Counted from the stretch's first letter, positions 8,655 through 23,072 are shown. The stretch is 64,000 bases of DNA from an uncultured Verrucomicrobiae bacterium (GCA_963812605.1 CAWEWF010000004.1:64001-128000), one strand, 5' to 3'. Program-made: numbers and translations. Notes: generated by a model from the sequence alone, not told the origin.

Positions 8655-9512
8655 ATGCAACACAGCTTTGTGAAGAGACTTACGGCAATTCTTGGACTGT
8701 TTCTCGTTCTGTCCGGCGCGGCGCGCGCGGATGGCGACGAGGCGATCCCCTTTTCCGTCGGCGAAAAGCTTACCTACCAGATTTTTTGGGGGCCGTTCGT
8801 CGTCGGGCGCGCCACGCTGGAAGTGGCGGGCATCGAGCCGGTGGACGGTCACGACTGCTATCATCTCGTTGCGAAGGCGAGGACCAGCGGGTTGGCCGAA
8901 TTGCTGTTCTCGGTCGATAGCACCGCCGAGAGCTGGCTCGACCGCGACGGACTGTTCACCCGCCAGTATCATGAAGACCGCACGGAGGGCAAGCACCACC
9001 GCAATAACTACACGCACTTCAATTACGCGGCCAAGGAAACGGTCACCAAGAACCAGGTCAACGGTCGTGAGCACCATACCCCGCTTGATCAGCACGTGCT
9101 CGACGTGGTCTCGTCGCTGTACTACGTGCGCACGCAAAAACTGATGCTCGACTCCGAGCAGTCGTTCATGATCAACGCCGGCGACACGAACTATAACGTC
9201 ACCATCCGCCCCGATATGCGCAAGACAATGTGGGTGCGCCCGGTGGGCGATATCCAGGCGCTACGGATCGAGCCGACGCCGACGCTGAACATCATTTCCG
9301 CCAACAACGGCCACATGTGGTTCTGGGTCAGCGACGACGTGCGTCGCCTGCCGCTGTTGGTCAACTCCGAGTTGAAACTCGGCACTGCGAAGTTGGTGCT
9401 CTTCAGCATCACCCCGGGCAAACCTTCGTCGGGGACGACCAACAAACCCATCGACTCGGTCAAGTCCGCGCCGTTGGGCACGGCTGGCGGCGCCCTCATG
9501 TCGGAACGTTGA
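8655..9512 (+). CDS. DUF3108 family exported protein
   Basis: Signal peptide; PFSVGEKLTY...G.ATL; LDVVSSLYYVR; WVSDD.RRLPL. Confidence 0.82.
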   Translation: MQHSFVKRLTAILGLFLVLSGAARADGDEAIPFSVGEKLTYQIFWGPFVVGRATLEVAGIEPVDGHDCYHLVAKARTSGLAELLFSVDSTAESWLDRDGLFTRQYHEDRTEGKHHRNNYTHFNYAAKETVTKNQVNGREHHTPLDQHVLDVVSSLYYVRTQKLMLDSEQSFMINAGDTNYNVTIRPDMRKTMWVRPVGDIQALRIEPTPTLNIISANNGHMWFWVSDDVRRLPLLVNSELKLGTAKLVLFSITPGKPSSGTTNKPIDSVKSAPLGTAGGALMSER

Positions 9513-9513
9513 C

Positions 9514-10458
9514 ATGGAATTTCCCCCGCTCGACTTCGATCGCATCCGCACCTACCCGATTCGCGAACGACCGAACAAAGTCCATCTCGACGAACTGGCG
9601 CGCGTCTGGAAAGCCGGCGGCAGTTTCGCGCAGTTCCTGGACTCGCTGCCGCACATCCTCGTGGGCAACGATTTCCGCGCGATCGTTGACGCGACCGTCA
9701 CGGCGGTCCGCAACCGGCGGCCCGTTGTGGTGATGATGGGCGCGCACACCATCAAATGCGGCCTCAACCCGATTTTCATCGACCTCATCCAACGCGGCAT
9801 CGTCTCGGCCATCGCTTTCAACGGCGCGGGCGCCATCCATGATTTCGAATTCGCCTACATCGGCGAGACCAGCGAAGACGTCCAGCGCGGCCTTGACGAC
9901 GGCAGTTTCGGCATGATCGATGAAACGGGGCGGCTGATGAACCAGGCGCTTGCCGCCGGGGTAAAACAGGGCCTTGGCGCGGGCCGCGCGCTCGGCGAGG
10001 CCATCGTCACCGGGCAATTCCGCAATCGCGAGTTCAGCATCCTGCACCAGAGCGTCGTCAGCAACATTCCCGCCACGGTCCATATCGCCATTGGCACGGA
10101 CATCATCCATCAGCACCCGACCGCGGACGGCAGCGTTCTCGGGGAATCGACATACCTCGACTTCCAGAAGTTCGCCGCCGTCGTCGCCCAACTCGAGGGC
10201 GGCATCGTGCTGAATATCGGCTCCGCGGTGATCATGCCCGAGGTCTTCCTCAAAGCGCTCACCATCGCCCGCAATCTCGGCCACACCGTTGAGAATTTCA
10301 CCGCCGTCACGTTCGACATGATCCGCCACTATCGCCCCGCCGAGAACGTCGTCCGTCGCCCCACCCACAAGGGCGGCCATGGCTACTACATCGTCGGCCA
10401 TCACGAATTGCTCGTTCCATTATGGGCGGCAGCGGTGGTGGAGGAACGCGGTGAGTAG
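9514..10458 (+). CDS. Conserved protein with deoxyhypusine-synthase-like fold, function unknown
   Basis: MMGAHTIKCGL, NGAGAIHDFE, ETSEDV, HIAIGTDIIH, GSAVIMPEVFLKAL, GHHELLVP. Confidence 0.7.
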   Translation: MEFPPLDFDRIRTYPIRERPNKVHLDELARVWKAGGSFAQFLDSLPHILVGNDFRAIVDATVTAVRNRRPVVVMMGAHTIKCGLNPIFIDLIQRGIVSAIAFNGAGAIHDFEFAYIGETSEDVQRGLDDGSFGMIDETGRLMNQALAAGVKQGLGAGRALGEAIVTGQFRNREFSILHQSVVSNIPATVHIAIGTDIIHQHPTADGSVLGESTYLDFQKFAAVVAQLEGGIVLNIGSAVIMPEVFLKALTIARNLGHTVENFTAVTFDMIRHYRPAENVVRRPTHKGGHGYYIVGHHELLVPLWAAAVVEERGE

Positions 10459-10482
10459 CCAGCAACCAGTAACCAAGTAGCC
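10454..10482 (+). repeat. Tandem heptamer array AG(T/C)A(G/A)CC x4, left arm
   Basis: AGTAGCC AGCAACC AGTAACC A AGTAGCC. Confidence 0.85.
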
Positions 10483-10496
10483 AAGGGAACGACCCG

Positions 10497-10853
10497 ATGT
10501 CCACGATACGAACTTTTCGGGATCCGACTGTGTGGCAAAAGGCTCATCAGTTCGCGTTGGTGATTTATCGTCTCACGCGGACCTTTCCCAATGACGAGAA
10601 GTTCGGCTTGACCTCCCAGATGCGGCGTGCGGCGGTTTCGACCGCAGCCAACATCGCAGAAGGCTCCGTCCGTTTTGGCAAACAGGGCAAGCTTCGTTTT
10701 TATAATATCGCCCAAGGATCGCTCGAGGAAGCGAAGTATTACTTGATACTCGCAAGAGACCTCGGCTATACGAAGAACATCGCGGAAGAGGGTAAACTGG
10801 CGGGTGATGTTGGTCGCCTGCTGCATGCCCTCATGGTTTCGATCAAGCAATGA
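10497..10853 (+). CDS. Four-helix-bundle protein (23S rRNA IVP / bAvd-like family)
   Basis: FRD..VWQKAH...IYRLTRTFP.DEKFGLTSQMRRAAVS..ANIAEG...FYNIAQGSLEE..YYLILARDLGY. Confidence 0.92.
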   Translation: MSTIRTFRDPTVWQKAHQFALVIYRLTRTFPNDEKFGLTSQMRRAAVSTAANIAEGSVRFGKQGKLRFYNIAQGSLEEAKYYLILARDLGYTKNIAEEGKLAGDVGRLLHALMVSIKQ

Positions 10854-10864
10854 ACCGAATCCTC

Positions 10865-10894
10865 GGCTACTGGCTACTCGGTTACTTGGCTACT
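10865..10894 (-). repeat. Tandem heptamer array GG(C/T)TACT x4, right arm, inverted relative to the left arm
   Basis: GGCTACT GGCTACT C GGTTACT T GGCTACT. Confidence 0.85.
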
Positions 10895-10902
10895 TGACCC
10901 CC

Positions 10903-11920
10903 ATGCAAACTCTCTCCACAAAACGTCTCGACAAAATCCTTTCTCGCTTTCCCCGCCAACGCATTCTTGTCGTCGGCGATGTGATGCTTGATCAATTTCT
11001 TTGGGGCAAGGTGTCGCGCATCTCGCCCGAGGCTCCGGTGCCTGTAGTGGAGATCACCCGGGAATCGTTCTTTCCCGGCGGCGCGGCGAACGTCGCCCGC
11101 AATCTGCGCGCGCTCGACTCGTCGGTCAGTCTGCTCGGCGTGCTCGGGGACGATGACGCGGGCGCGGAGTTGCGCGGCCTGCTCGACCAGCAGGGCGTCG
11201 ATACCGCCGGCCTGATTGTGGACCCCAACCGACCCACGACGGTCAAGACGCGCATCGTCGCCCACCACCAGCAAATGGTTCGCTTCGACCGCGAACAATG
11301 TCTTGGGCTATCATCTGCGCTGGAGCGCAAGGTCTTGGAAAGCTTCGAGTCACATCTGAAAAACGTTCTCGGCGGTCATCTTCGAGGACTACGCCAAAGG
11401 CGTTTTGTCGCAAAAGCTGCTCAACGTCCTGCAACGACGGGCGCACCGAGCGCGCAAGATTACGGCGGCGGACCCGAATTCGCGTCAGCGGCTCCATTAC
11501 TCCGGGCTCACCGTGGTCACGCCGAACCGCAGCGAGGCATTCGCGGCAGCCGGCCTGCCGTACGTCGAGCCGGACACCGAGGTGCTGCGCGATGAAGCGC
11601 TGCTGCGCGTGGGGCAAAAATTATTGCGCACCTGGAAACCGCGCAACCTGCTGGTCACGCTCGGCGAACACGGCGTCTGCCTGTTTCGTCCCGGCAAAAA
11701 GCCGCATCACATCCCGACGGTCGCGCAGGAGGTGTTCGACGTGTCGGGCGCCGGCGACACGGTGATTGCGACGCTCGTGCTCGCGTTGGCCGCCGGGGCC
11801 GATCCGATTGAAGCGGCGGAAATCTCCAACCACGCCGCCGGCATCGTCGTCGGCAAAGTCGGCACCGCCACCTGCTCGCCGGATGAACTAGTGGAAAGCT
11901 TCGAGAGAGAGCGGCGCTAG
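10903..11920 (+). CDS. rfaE1: D-glycero-beta-D-manno-heptose-7-phosphate kinase (RfaE/HldE kinase domain only); frameshift near 11367
   Basis: VVGDVMLDQF.WGKVSRISPEAPVPVV, GGAANVA, DYAKG, EVFDVSGAGDTV, split over two frames. Confidence 0.9.
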
Positions 11921-11931
11921 AGCCGGCCCGC

Positions 11932-12548
11932 TTACTTGCAGACCACTTCCTGGTCGAGCTTGAGGCGCTCGAGTTCGGGCTTCACGATCTTGTCGCGGCA
12001 ATCGGGGCAGATGCCGTGGGTGAACTGCGCCTCGGAGTGGTCGGCCACGTAGGTGTCCACCTGCTGCCAGTAGTTTTTGTCGTCGCGGATTTTTTTGCAG
12101 TAGCAACAAATCGGCAACAATCCCTGCAACAGCTTGACATTGGCGAGCGCGAGTTCGAGTTCCTTCACGCGCGCGGCCAGTTCGGCTTGCAGGCGGAGGA
12201 TGCGTTCGCCGGCGTTGATGCGCGCCTTCAACTCGGCGCGGTCAAACGGCTTGATCACGTAATCGTCCGCGCCCGCCGTGAGGCCCTGGACAATGTCTTC
12301 CTTGCGGCCCTTGGCGGTGAGCAAAATCATGTAGAGGAGCCGTTCACCGGCCAACTCGCGAGCTTTAACACAGACCTGCGAGCCATCGAGGCCCGGCATC
12401 ATCCAGTCCAGGATTGCCAGCGAAGGCGCATCGGCCTGGCTCAGGGCTTCGAGGGCCTGCAAGCCATCGGTGGTCACGACAACCTCATACCCCCACTTGG
12501 CAAGGGTCGCCTCCAAGAGGTGGCGTGACACCGCGTCGTCTTCCGCAA

Positions 12549-12561
<13 letters not shown>
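11932..12561 (-). CDS. Response regulator with Cys-rich C-terminal domain
   Basis: REC (AEDD, LDWMMP, KPF) plus [12 protein letters not shown]...HGICPDC. Confidence 0.9.
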
Positions 12562-15257
<2,696 letters not shown>

Positions 15258-15545
15258 CGTCAAAATCCCTGGCGGTCCGCTTCGCCGCCACAATAATCCA
15301 AGGGCTGGTTCATCCCCCCAAAGTCAAGCAGCACCAATGCCACACAATGGCTGGCGCGGTCTTTCAAGCGAAATCCTGCGGATTCCAAGCGGGTTCGTCT
15401 CGCCAGATTTGGGAGACCGCGTTGCTGGTGCGTACAATCCTGAACGAGCAGACCGGGATTCCCAGAAAAGCGGCCATGCGCGCGGGTGGCCGACCGTGGC
15501 GCCAGCCGGACCGCTGATGACTCTCCCGGGTCTTCTTCCATGGCG

Positions 15546-15965
15546 CTACGCCACGGACACGTTGTTCGTGGTTCTGCTCGGACGCGCCAGATGTCGATCA
15601 ATACATTCGATGACTTTTCCAATGCTGGCGGGCTTCGAGAGGAATTCATATCCCCCGCGCTGGACGGTCTTGCTGGCTTCCTGCCCGGAGACGAGTGATG
15701 TAAGAAAAATGATCGGTGTTGAGCGCAGGGACGGATCATCGTGAATCTGGAAAGCAACGTCGCCTCCATCCGCCCCGGGCATGCACACATCAAGCAGAAT
15801 CAAATCGGGATGAAACTCGCGCGCCCGGCCAAAGGCGTGGGTCGCGCTGTTCTCAACTTTCACCTCGAATGCACCGGTTTTTTCCAGTCCCAAACCGAGC
15901 AACCGGCTGGCCGCCATATCGTCGTCCACGATTAAAATCTTCGTCTTGCGCATAAAACTGCCCAT
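15546..15965 (-). CDS. Single-domain response regulator
   Basis: ILIVDDD, LLDVCMP, FLT, KP. Confidence 0.88.
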   Translation of the reverse strand: MGSFMRKTKILIVDDDMAASRLLGLGLEKTGAFEVKVENSATHAFGRAREFHPDLILLDVCMPGADGGDVAFQIHDDPSLRSTPIIFLTSLVSGQEASKTVQRGGYEFLSKPASIGKVIECIDRHLARPSRTTNNVSVA

Positions 15966-16005
15966 CCCTTCCTCAACGCCTGCTTTTAAGCAGTTTACGT
16001 TCCAT

Positions 16006-18237
16006 CTAGGAACCGCTGGCGGGGGCTTGGTTCAATTGCTGCACCTTTGGAGGCAGGGCCAAAACCCTCGCAATCGCCTGGTGTAAAGCCATCTGCGTGA
16101 TTGGTTTGCGCAGGACGAGATCAGGGCGGCGCTTTGCTTCGATGTCGTCCATCGGCATGTCGGCAAAACCGGTGACCATAACCACCGGTGTACCGGGGGA
16201 AACCAGCTTGATAGCCTCCGTCATTTGGTCTCCGTTCATTTCGGGCATCGCGCGGTCCGCGACAACAACGTCGAAATGGCCGCCCTTGAATTGCTTCAGG
16301 CCCTGATACCCATCCAGCGCGGTCTCGACAAAGTGCCCATCGCCCCGCAAGTACTCCGCCTGGATATCACAGACCTGCGGTTCATCCTCGACCAACAGAA
16401 CCCGCAACGGACGCCATGGCGCGGCGGTCGTTGGCGGCACGTCGCCGCTCTCGAACGTCAACGCCGGCAAGCGAACAACAACGACCGTTCCCTTCCCCTC
16501 CTGACTCTCGATGTTGATCGTGCCGCCATGGCGCTGCACGATCCCGTACACAATCGCCAGGCCCAGTCCCGTGCCGCGCTCACCCTTGGTCGTGAAGAAC
16601 GGTTCGAAACAGCGTTGCCGGACCTCCTCGGTCATCCCACGCCCCGTGTCGCGGACTTCGGCGACGATGGAGTCGCTTTCGGCGCGCGTGCCGATCGTAA
16701 CCAGGCCGCCTTGTGGCATGGCGTCGACCGCGTTGAAGAGCAAGTTGACGAACACCTCGCGCAGATCCGACTCGCTGCCGCGGATGGCCAGCACATCGCG
16801 CAGGTCCGTGTCGATCACCACGGTCGCGCCGCTGGCCATCATCTGGTCCTTCCACTTGGGTTGCGTGAGGACGACCGCTTGCGCGATGGTTTCGTTAAGG
16901 TCCATGGATTGGTAAACGTCCGACTCTTTGCGATGACGGTAGAATTCGCGGAGGCGATTGACGATGCTGACGGCCTCCTGCGCGGCGGCGCTGGTCATTT
17001 GGAGATACTTTTTGACCTTTTCCTTGTCGTTGAGGTTTTCGGGCCACGCCAGGAGCAGTTCATTAAATCCGAGGATCTTGGCGAGAACATTGTTGAAATC
17101 GTGCGCGACACCGCTGGCCATCTGCGCGAGGGCCCGCAACCGTTCCTGCTGGACAACCTGTTTCTGTGTTTCGCGAAGTTCCGCCACGGTGCTGCCGAGT
17201 TCCCGCGTGCTTTCGCGGAGAGATTGCTCTGTTCGCTTGCGCGCGGTGATATCGTGCATGGTGAGCATCAATACGTCCCCCTTGGGACAGTGGACGAGAT
17301 CCGCGCGTCCTTCACAGAAAAGTTCACTGCCATCCGGGTGCCGGAGGAGAACCTCGCGGTTGGGTTCGCTGGCCATGGGCGTGGTGATGTCCGCCGGCAC
17401 GGACATCGGCGGCAGACGGTCACAGAACTCCAAAAGCGCTCTCCCCACCAGTTCCTCCGCCTTCCGTCCGCTCAAGCGTGACGCGGTGCGGTTGGCTTCC
17501 AACACCTGGAGCTTTTTGGAATCGAGCAGAAAGATTGCGTCACCGGATGAGTCGAACAGGGCGTGGTAATCAACCTCGGAGGCGTGCGCGCTGTCCTCGA
17601 CGACCATCCCCACCACAATGAGCAGCGCCAGGATGGCCGAGGTCAAATACGCTCCCGCCATCAGGACTTGGGAACCGCTGGCCAGGGGAAAACCGAGCAG
17701 GTGGACTCCCCAGAGCAGGAATCCAACCCCGAGAATGACGCTCCCGCGAGACCGTCGGCGGGTCCGCATGTAGAGGATCCCTGTGTACACGCCGGCGCCT
17801 GCCAGGAGGAGGAACACCGGGAGTGTAATCCAGCGTTCATCCTGGACTCGATAAGCGCCGACGTAGCTCCAGATCACCATCATTACGCTTCCCAGTGCGA
17901 TTTCGCGCTGGTCGCGCTTGGATTTTGTGAGCTGGAAGCTGCCCCAGAACATGAACAGCGCGCTAATGCCGATGCAGGCCCGCGAGACCATCACCAGCAG
18001 CGCCGTATGCGGAGATTCCTCCAGTCCGATCGATGCGGCGAGGTACACGGAATAGAACATCCACCCAACGGTCCAAAGGCTGAGATGCGGCCGTCGTGTC
18101 GAGTAATTCATGTAGGTGAACAACCCGATCACCATCCACACGCTGATCAATGCCAGCACGAGCGCCGACTTGATCCATTCCGGTGGGAAGAAGAGCAGGG
18201 ACTGATCGAGAAAACCGAGGTTGAGCGCGTTGTTCAT
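16006..18237 (-). CDS. Hybrid histidine kinase (multi-TM sensor-PAS-HisKA-HATPase-REC)
   Basis: About 7 TM segments, [12 protein letters not shown]-box, FEPFFTTK...GTGLGL, REC. Confidence 0.92.
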   Translation of the reverse strand: MNNALNLGFLDQSLLFFPPEWIKSALVLALISVWMVIGLFTYMNYSTRRPHLSLWTVGWMFYSVYLAASIGLEESPHTALLVMVSRACIGISALFMFWGSFQLTKSKRDQREIALGSVMMVIWSYVGAYRVQDERWITLPVFLLLAGAGVYTGILYMRTRRRSRGSVILGVGFLLWGVHLLGFPLASGSQVLMAGAYLTSAILALLIVVGMVVEDSAHASEVDYHALFDSSGDAIFLLDSKKLQVLEANRTASRLSGRKAEELVGRALLEFCDRLPPMSVPADITTPMASEPNREVLLRHPDGSELFCEGRADLVHCPKGDVLMLTMHDITARKRTEQSLRESTRELGSTVAELRETQKQVVQQERLRALAQMASGVAHDFNNVLAKILGFNELLLAWPENLNDKEKVKKYLQMTSAAAQEAVSIVNRLREFYRHRKESDVYQSMDLNETIAQAVVLTQPKWKDQMMASGATVVIDTDLRDVLAIRGSESDLREVFVNLLFNAVDAMPQGGLVTIGTRAESDSIVAEVRDTGRGMTEEVRQRCFEPFFTTKGERGTGLGLAIVYGIVQRHGGTINIESQEGKGTVVVVRLPALTFESGDVPPTTAAPWRPLRVLLVEDEPQVCDIQAEYLRGDGHFVETALDGYQGLKQFKGGHFDVVVADRAMPEMNGDQMTEAIKLVSPGTPVVMVTGFADMPMDDIEAKRRPDLVLRKPITQMALHQAIARVLALPPKVQQLNQAPASGS

Positions 18238-21227
18238 GGCTGGCTTCGCCCGGTGGGCACAGATTCGGCCGTCCCCTCGTCCAGAATCTCGCGCACTCGG
18301 TGGGCCAACACCGCCGGCGTGTACGGCTTTTCAAGGAATGCGATCCGATCTTCCACGATTCCGCGCCGGAGGATCGCATCCGCGGTATAGCCGGAAGTAA
18401 ATAAAACCTTCGTCACTGGCCGCGTCGCCCCGAACCAATCGGCCAACTGTTTCCCATCCATTTGCGGCATCACCACGTCCGTAAAGAGCAAATCGATTTT
18501 CTCGTCCGGGTCCTCCGTGGCCGCGCGCATGCCTTCCTCGCCATTGCCGGCCTCGATCACGTGGTAGCCGAGGCCGCGCAGCACATCGACCGTCAGCTTG
18601 CGGACACCGGGTTCATCCTCCGCAACCAGGATCGTCTCCTGGCCGCTGGGAAGCTCCTGCAGTTTCGGTCGGGCCGGCTGCGGATCGGCGTGGGCTTCAA
18701 CCCGCGGGAGGTAAATCTTGAAGGTCGTGCCGTGACCCGGCTCGGTGTGGACCTGGATGTGACCGCCGCTTTGCTTGACGATGCCGTAGCAGGTGGCGAG
18801 GCCGAGTCCCGTGCCCTCCCCTTGCGGCTTGGTCGTAAAGAACGGCTCAAAAATGTGCTCCTTCACTTCCTCGTTCATCCCCACGCCCGTGTCTCTCACG
18901 GTGAGTAACACGTATTCGCCAGGCTGGATCCCGACATGGAGCCGCGCGTAGTCTTCGCCGAGCGTGGCATTGGCGACCTCGATGATGAGCTTGCCGCCCT
19001 TGGGCATCGCATCGCGGGCATTGAGCGCCAGGTTCAGGATGACCTGCTCGATCTGCGCGGGATCGGCCTTCACGTGGCCAACGGCGGCGCCGCGAATCGT
19101 GTGCAGTTCGATGTCCTCACCGATCAGTCGCCGCAACATTTTCTCGATGTCGCTGACCGCGTTGCTCAAATCGAGCACGCGCGCTTGGAGCGTCTGTTTG
19201 CGGCTGAACGCCAGCAATTGCCGGGTCAGCCCACTCGCGCGCTCGGTCGCCTTGAGGACCTGGTCCACGTGGCGATAGAGCGGATCACTCGAGGAAAGCC
19301 GGCGCATCATCAATTCGGCATAACCCCCGATCGCGGTGAGGATGTTGTTGAAGTCGTGGGCCACGCCGCCCGCGAGCCGCCCAACCGCCTCGACTTTCTG
19401 CGCCTGCAGGAACTGTTCTTGCAGGTTTTTTTGTTCGGTAATGTCTTCCTTGATCGCAATGAAATGCCCAATCTCACCACGGTCGTCGGTGACCGGCGTA
19501 ATGGTCATCCGCTCGGTGTAAGGCGTGCCGTCCTTGCGGCGGTTGACCAGTTCACCCTGCCACACTTCGCCGGCCAGGATCGTCCGCCAGATTCCGTCGG
19601 AAAACGACGGGTCGACGCCTCCGGACTTTAACACGGACCAGGATTCCCCGTAGGCTTCCGCAAAACTGTAACCGGTGAGCTTGCTATACGCCGGGTTGAC
19701 CCATTCCACCACGCCGGTGCGGTTGGTCAGCACAATGGCGTTGGCGGCGGACTCCAGCGCTGCGCCCTGGAGACGAAGACGGTCAGCGGCGAGTTTTTGT
19801 TGTGTAACGTCGGAAATAAAACCCTCCCGGAACTCGACCGCGCCGTTCGCCGAGACGATTCCCAGCCCTTCCTCCCAGACGGCCTTTGTCTGGCCCCGTG
19901 CGGTGGCAATGCGGTATTGCAAATGGAACGGTCGATTCGCCAGCACCGCTTCGTTCACTTCCTGACGGATGCGCTCGCGATCCTCCGGGAGTATCAATTG
20001 CGTGTAGGAAATCTTTTTATCGCGCTGGAACTCTTCCGGTTGGTACCCGGTCAATTCGATACAACCTTCGCTGGCGAACTCGATGATGCCTTCCTCGTCG
20101 TGACGACAGCGATAGACCATGCCCGGCAAATTGCTCATCAACGAGGACAATTGCCGCTGGCTCTCCCGCAACTCGCCCTGCGAATGCTGGAGCGCGCCGA
20201 GCATCTTGTTCAGTGCGTTCGCCAAACCGGTCAACTCATCGGAGCCGCTGACTGTTACCCGCGCGCCAACATCGCTGCTGGCCCCGATCCGGTCCACGTC
20301 CATAATGAGCCGTGACAGCCGCGCCAGCACCAACCGCTCCATCAGCGCCACCATCGCAAGTCCAAAACACAATCCGATCACCAAAAGCCAGGTCACGAGG
20401 TACCGGATGGTTTCGCGCCCATGGGCGGAGATCTCACGCGGCATGTCCACCCGCAGCAACAACGCCGGCTTCCCAAAGATGTCGTTCCAGATCGTGTAAC
20501 CGCTGATGAAATCTTCCTCCAGCGCTTCCACGCGCACGGCGCCGGCGTTGGGAATCTCGGCGCGGACCTGGCGGAAGTCGGCGGGTAACTGCGGATCGTC
20601 GACACGACGCATGGCCAACATCAGGTGCATGGCGCCGCCGAGCCGCCGCATCGCCCGCGCATCAAGGAAACGCCCAAAAATCACTGAACCGCGGATCGGT
20701 CCGGTATGGTGGCCCGTCACGATCGGCCGCGAAACCACCCAGGTTGGCCCCTCGGCCAGCAGCACCATGCCCGCGTGAACGCTGTCAACACTCGCGTGTC
20801 GTAGCAGCGGGCTGCCGCTGTCGAGCAATCGCAGGAAGCCCGGGGGGACGGGTGTCGCCTTCCGCGCATCCAGGTCAAAGCCCTTGCTCCACACGACCTC
20901 TCCTTTGCGGTTCACAAAGACGATGAAGTTCACCTGTAGCTCGGTGAAATCCGTGTCATCGAGATGGTAGCGAATATAGTCCTGATTGTGATCTTCGACG
21001 AATTGATACGCGTCGTCCCAAACCGCCCAACTGGTCAATTTGTCGTTGAGATTGGCCGATCTTTCGCGCAACTCGCTTTCCACCCATCTCACGTCGCGGC
21101 TGATGTCGCGTTCTTCAAGACGGGCAAAATCCTTCAAGAGGATCGATGAGGAAACCGCGTAGAACCCGACGATGAGGGCCACCAGTGTTGCCCCGAGGAT
21201 AACAAAGATTCGATGACGAAGCGTCAC
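18234..21227 (-). CDS. Hybrid histidine kinase (CHASE4-HAMP-PAS-PAS-HisKA-HATPase-REC)
   Basis: [16 protein letters not shown]4, two PAS domains, [13 protein letters not shown]; GTG start inferred. Confidence 0.92.
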   Translation of the reverse strand: MTLRHRIFVILGATLVALIVGFYAVSSSILLKDFARLEERDISRDVRWVESELRERSANLNDKLTSWAVWDDAYQFVEDHNQDYIRYHLDDTDFTELQVNFIVFVNRKGEVVWSKGFDLDARKATPVPPGFLRLLDSGSPLLRHASVDSVHAGMVLLAEGPTWVVSRPIVTGHHTGPIRGSVIFGRFLDARAMRRLGGAMHLMLAMRRVDDPQLPADFRQVRAEIPNAGAVRVEALEEDFISGYTIWNDIFGKPALLLRVDMPREISAHGRETIRYLVTWLLVIGLCFGLAMVALMERLVLARLSRLIMDVDRIGASSDVGARVTVSGSDELTGLANALNKMLGALQHSQGELRESQRQLSSLMSNLPGMVYRCRHDEEGIIEFASEGCIELTGYQPEEFQRDKKISYTQLILPEDRERIRQEVNEAVLANRPFHLQYRIATARGQTKAVWEEGLGIVSANGAVEFREGFISDVTQQKLAADRLRLQGAALESAANAIVLTNRTGVVEWVNPAYSKLTGYSFAEAYGESWSVLKSGGVDPSFSDGIWRTILAGEVWQGELVNRRKDGTPYTERMTITPVTDDRGEIGHFIAIKEDITEQKNLQEQFLQAQKVEAVGRLAGGVAHDFNNILTAIGGYAELMMRRLSSSDPLYRHVDQVLKATERASGLTRQLLAFSRKQTLQARVLDLSNAVSDIEKMLRRLIGEDIELHTIRGAAVGHVKADPAQIEQVILNLALNARDAMPKGGKLIIEVANATLGEDYARLHVGIQPGEYVLLTVRDTGVGMNEEVKEHIFEPFFTTKPQGEGTGLGLATCYGIVKQSGGHIQVHTEPGHGTTFKIYLPRVEAHADPQPARPKLQELPSGQETILVAEDEPGVRKLTVDVLRGLGYHVIEAGNGEEGMRAATEDPDEKIDLLFTDVVMPQMDGKQLADWFGATRPVTKVLFTSGYTADAILRRGIVEDRIAFLEKPYTPAVLAHRVREILDEGTAESVPTGRSQP

Positions 21228-21333
21228 GGTTGACGCCCTCTTCGACCGAGTCTTGACAAATTCATTTGCATTGACTGAGGAATCGAGCGTCCGTCCAAAC
21301 CGCAAGAATCCCGATCCCAAAGCTCTCGGAGGC

Positions 21334-21348
21334 GCATTAAGTGTGCCA
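21334..21348 (-). promoter_or_regulatory. Candidate sigma54 (-24/-12) promoter for the kinase cluster
   Basis: TGGCACACTTAATGC on the minus strand with canonical GG-N10-GC spacing. Confidence 0.55.
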
Positions 21349-21481
21349 TTACAAAGTAGATGCGTTCGCAGCCGAAGAAGCCAAAGCCCTCCGAATCAAG
21401 CACCGTCGCAACCTCCTGCAATTGCGGATCAAGCGCCCGGTGGGCCGTTCGCAGGGGTGTGCCCGCAGACTGGTGCACGCC

Positions 21482-21510
21482 TTGACTTGGCACGCGCCTT
21501 TCGCCATAGT
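21482..21510 (+). promoter_or_regulatory. Candidate sigma70 promoter of glyQS
   Basis: TTGACT-N17-CATAGT, 11 nt before the ATG. Confidence 0.55.
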
Positions 21511-21521
21511 CCGCCGTTGCC

Positions 21522-23064
21522 ATGACGGACAAGAAACAATCGCCGCCGCTAATGGAAAAAATCGTCGCGCTTTGCAAGCGGCGCGGGTTCGTTTTCCAGT
21601 CGTCGGAGATTTACGGCGGCATCAACGGCTTCTGGGACTACGGCCCGCTCGGGGCAGAGTTGAAGAAGAACATCCGCGATTGCTGGTGGAACGACATGGT
21701 TCGCGGCCGTGACGACGTCGTGGGCATCGAGAACGTCAATCATCATGCACCCGAAGGTGTGGGAAGCTTCCGGCCATGTGGGCGGGTTCACCGACCCGAT
21801 GGTGGACTGCAAATCTTCCAAACAGCGTTTTCGCGCCGACGAAATCTGGTTTTCTCCCGTGATCGTCGATGGCAAGGTCGTGGGGTATGTGAGCCTCCTG
21901 GAAACCGAGCGGACCACGGAGGACTTGCAGGAGAAGGCCGAAACGCTGAAACGAAAGAAGGCGATCCAGGGGAAGTTGGAACCGGTCCAGCCGCGTGATT
22001 TCACGCAGGCCACGCCCGAGGAAATCCCGCTGGTGCCTTCGCCCGCCACCGGCGAGCCCGGCAGTCTCACCCCCGCGCGCAATTTCAACATGATGTTCGA
22101 GACGTATGTGGGCGCGCTGCGCGAGGAGTCCGAAAAAACTTATCTGCGTCCCGAGACGGCGCAAGGCATGTTTGCCGATTTCAAGGCGGTGCTCGATACG
22201 GGACGGGTAAAAATCCCTTTCGGCATCGCGCAGATCGGCAAATCCTTTCGTAACGAAATCACCCCGCGCAACTTCATCTTCCGCAGTCGCGAGTTCGAGC
22301 AGATGGAGATGGAGTTCTTTATCAGTGACGAAGACGACTGGGAAAAATGGCACCGGTACTGGATCGATTGGTGTCGCAACTGGCTGCTTTCCGTCGGGCT
22401 CTCCGCCTCGCACCTTTCCGAATACAACCACCCCAGGGAGAAACTGGCCTTCTACTCGAAAGGCACGACCGACATCATGTTCCGCTACCCGTTCGGCGTG
22501 CAGGAATTGTGGGGCATTGCCGCCCGGGGTTGTTATGATCTTTCCCAGCACGCCAAATTCAGCGGTGCGTCGTTGGATTACTTTGACGAGGAGAAGAAGC
22601 GTCGATACGTGCCGCACGTCATCGAGCCGGCCGTGGGCGTCGATCGCATCACGCTGGCGATCTTCTGCAGCGCCTACGCCGAAGAAACCACGACCGATGA
22701 GAAAGGCCAGTCCGAAACCCGTGTCGTCATGCGGTTCGCGCCGCGCATCGCGCCGATCAAGGTTGCGGTGTTTCCGCTGTTGCGGAACAAGCCGGCGCTC
22801 GTGGAGAAAGCGAAAGAAGTCTTCAAGCTCCTCCAGCCGCATTTCACCACCGAATGGGACGACCGCGGCAACATCGGCAAACGCTATCGCTACCAGGACG
22901 AACAAGGCACCCCGTGGTGCGTGACCATCGACTTCGAAACGCTCGGCGAAAAAGGCCTCGAACTTCAAGACACAGTGACCCTGCGCGACCGTGACACGAT
23001 GAAACAGGATCGCGTGAAGATCGCCGAGTTGCTGCCGCTAATCAGCGGCAAGCTGCGCGGCTGA
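21522..23064 (+). CDS. glyQS: Glycine--tRNA ligase, alpha2 type; frameshift near 21732
   Basis: LCKRRGF..SSEIYGG...[50 protein letters not shown]. Confidence 0.95.
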
Positions 23065-23072
23065 CGCAAAAC

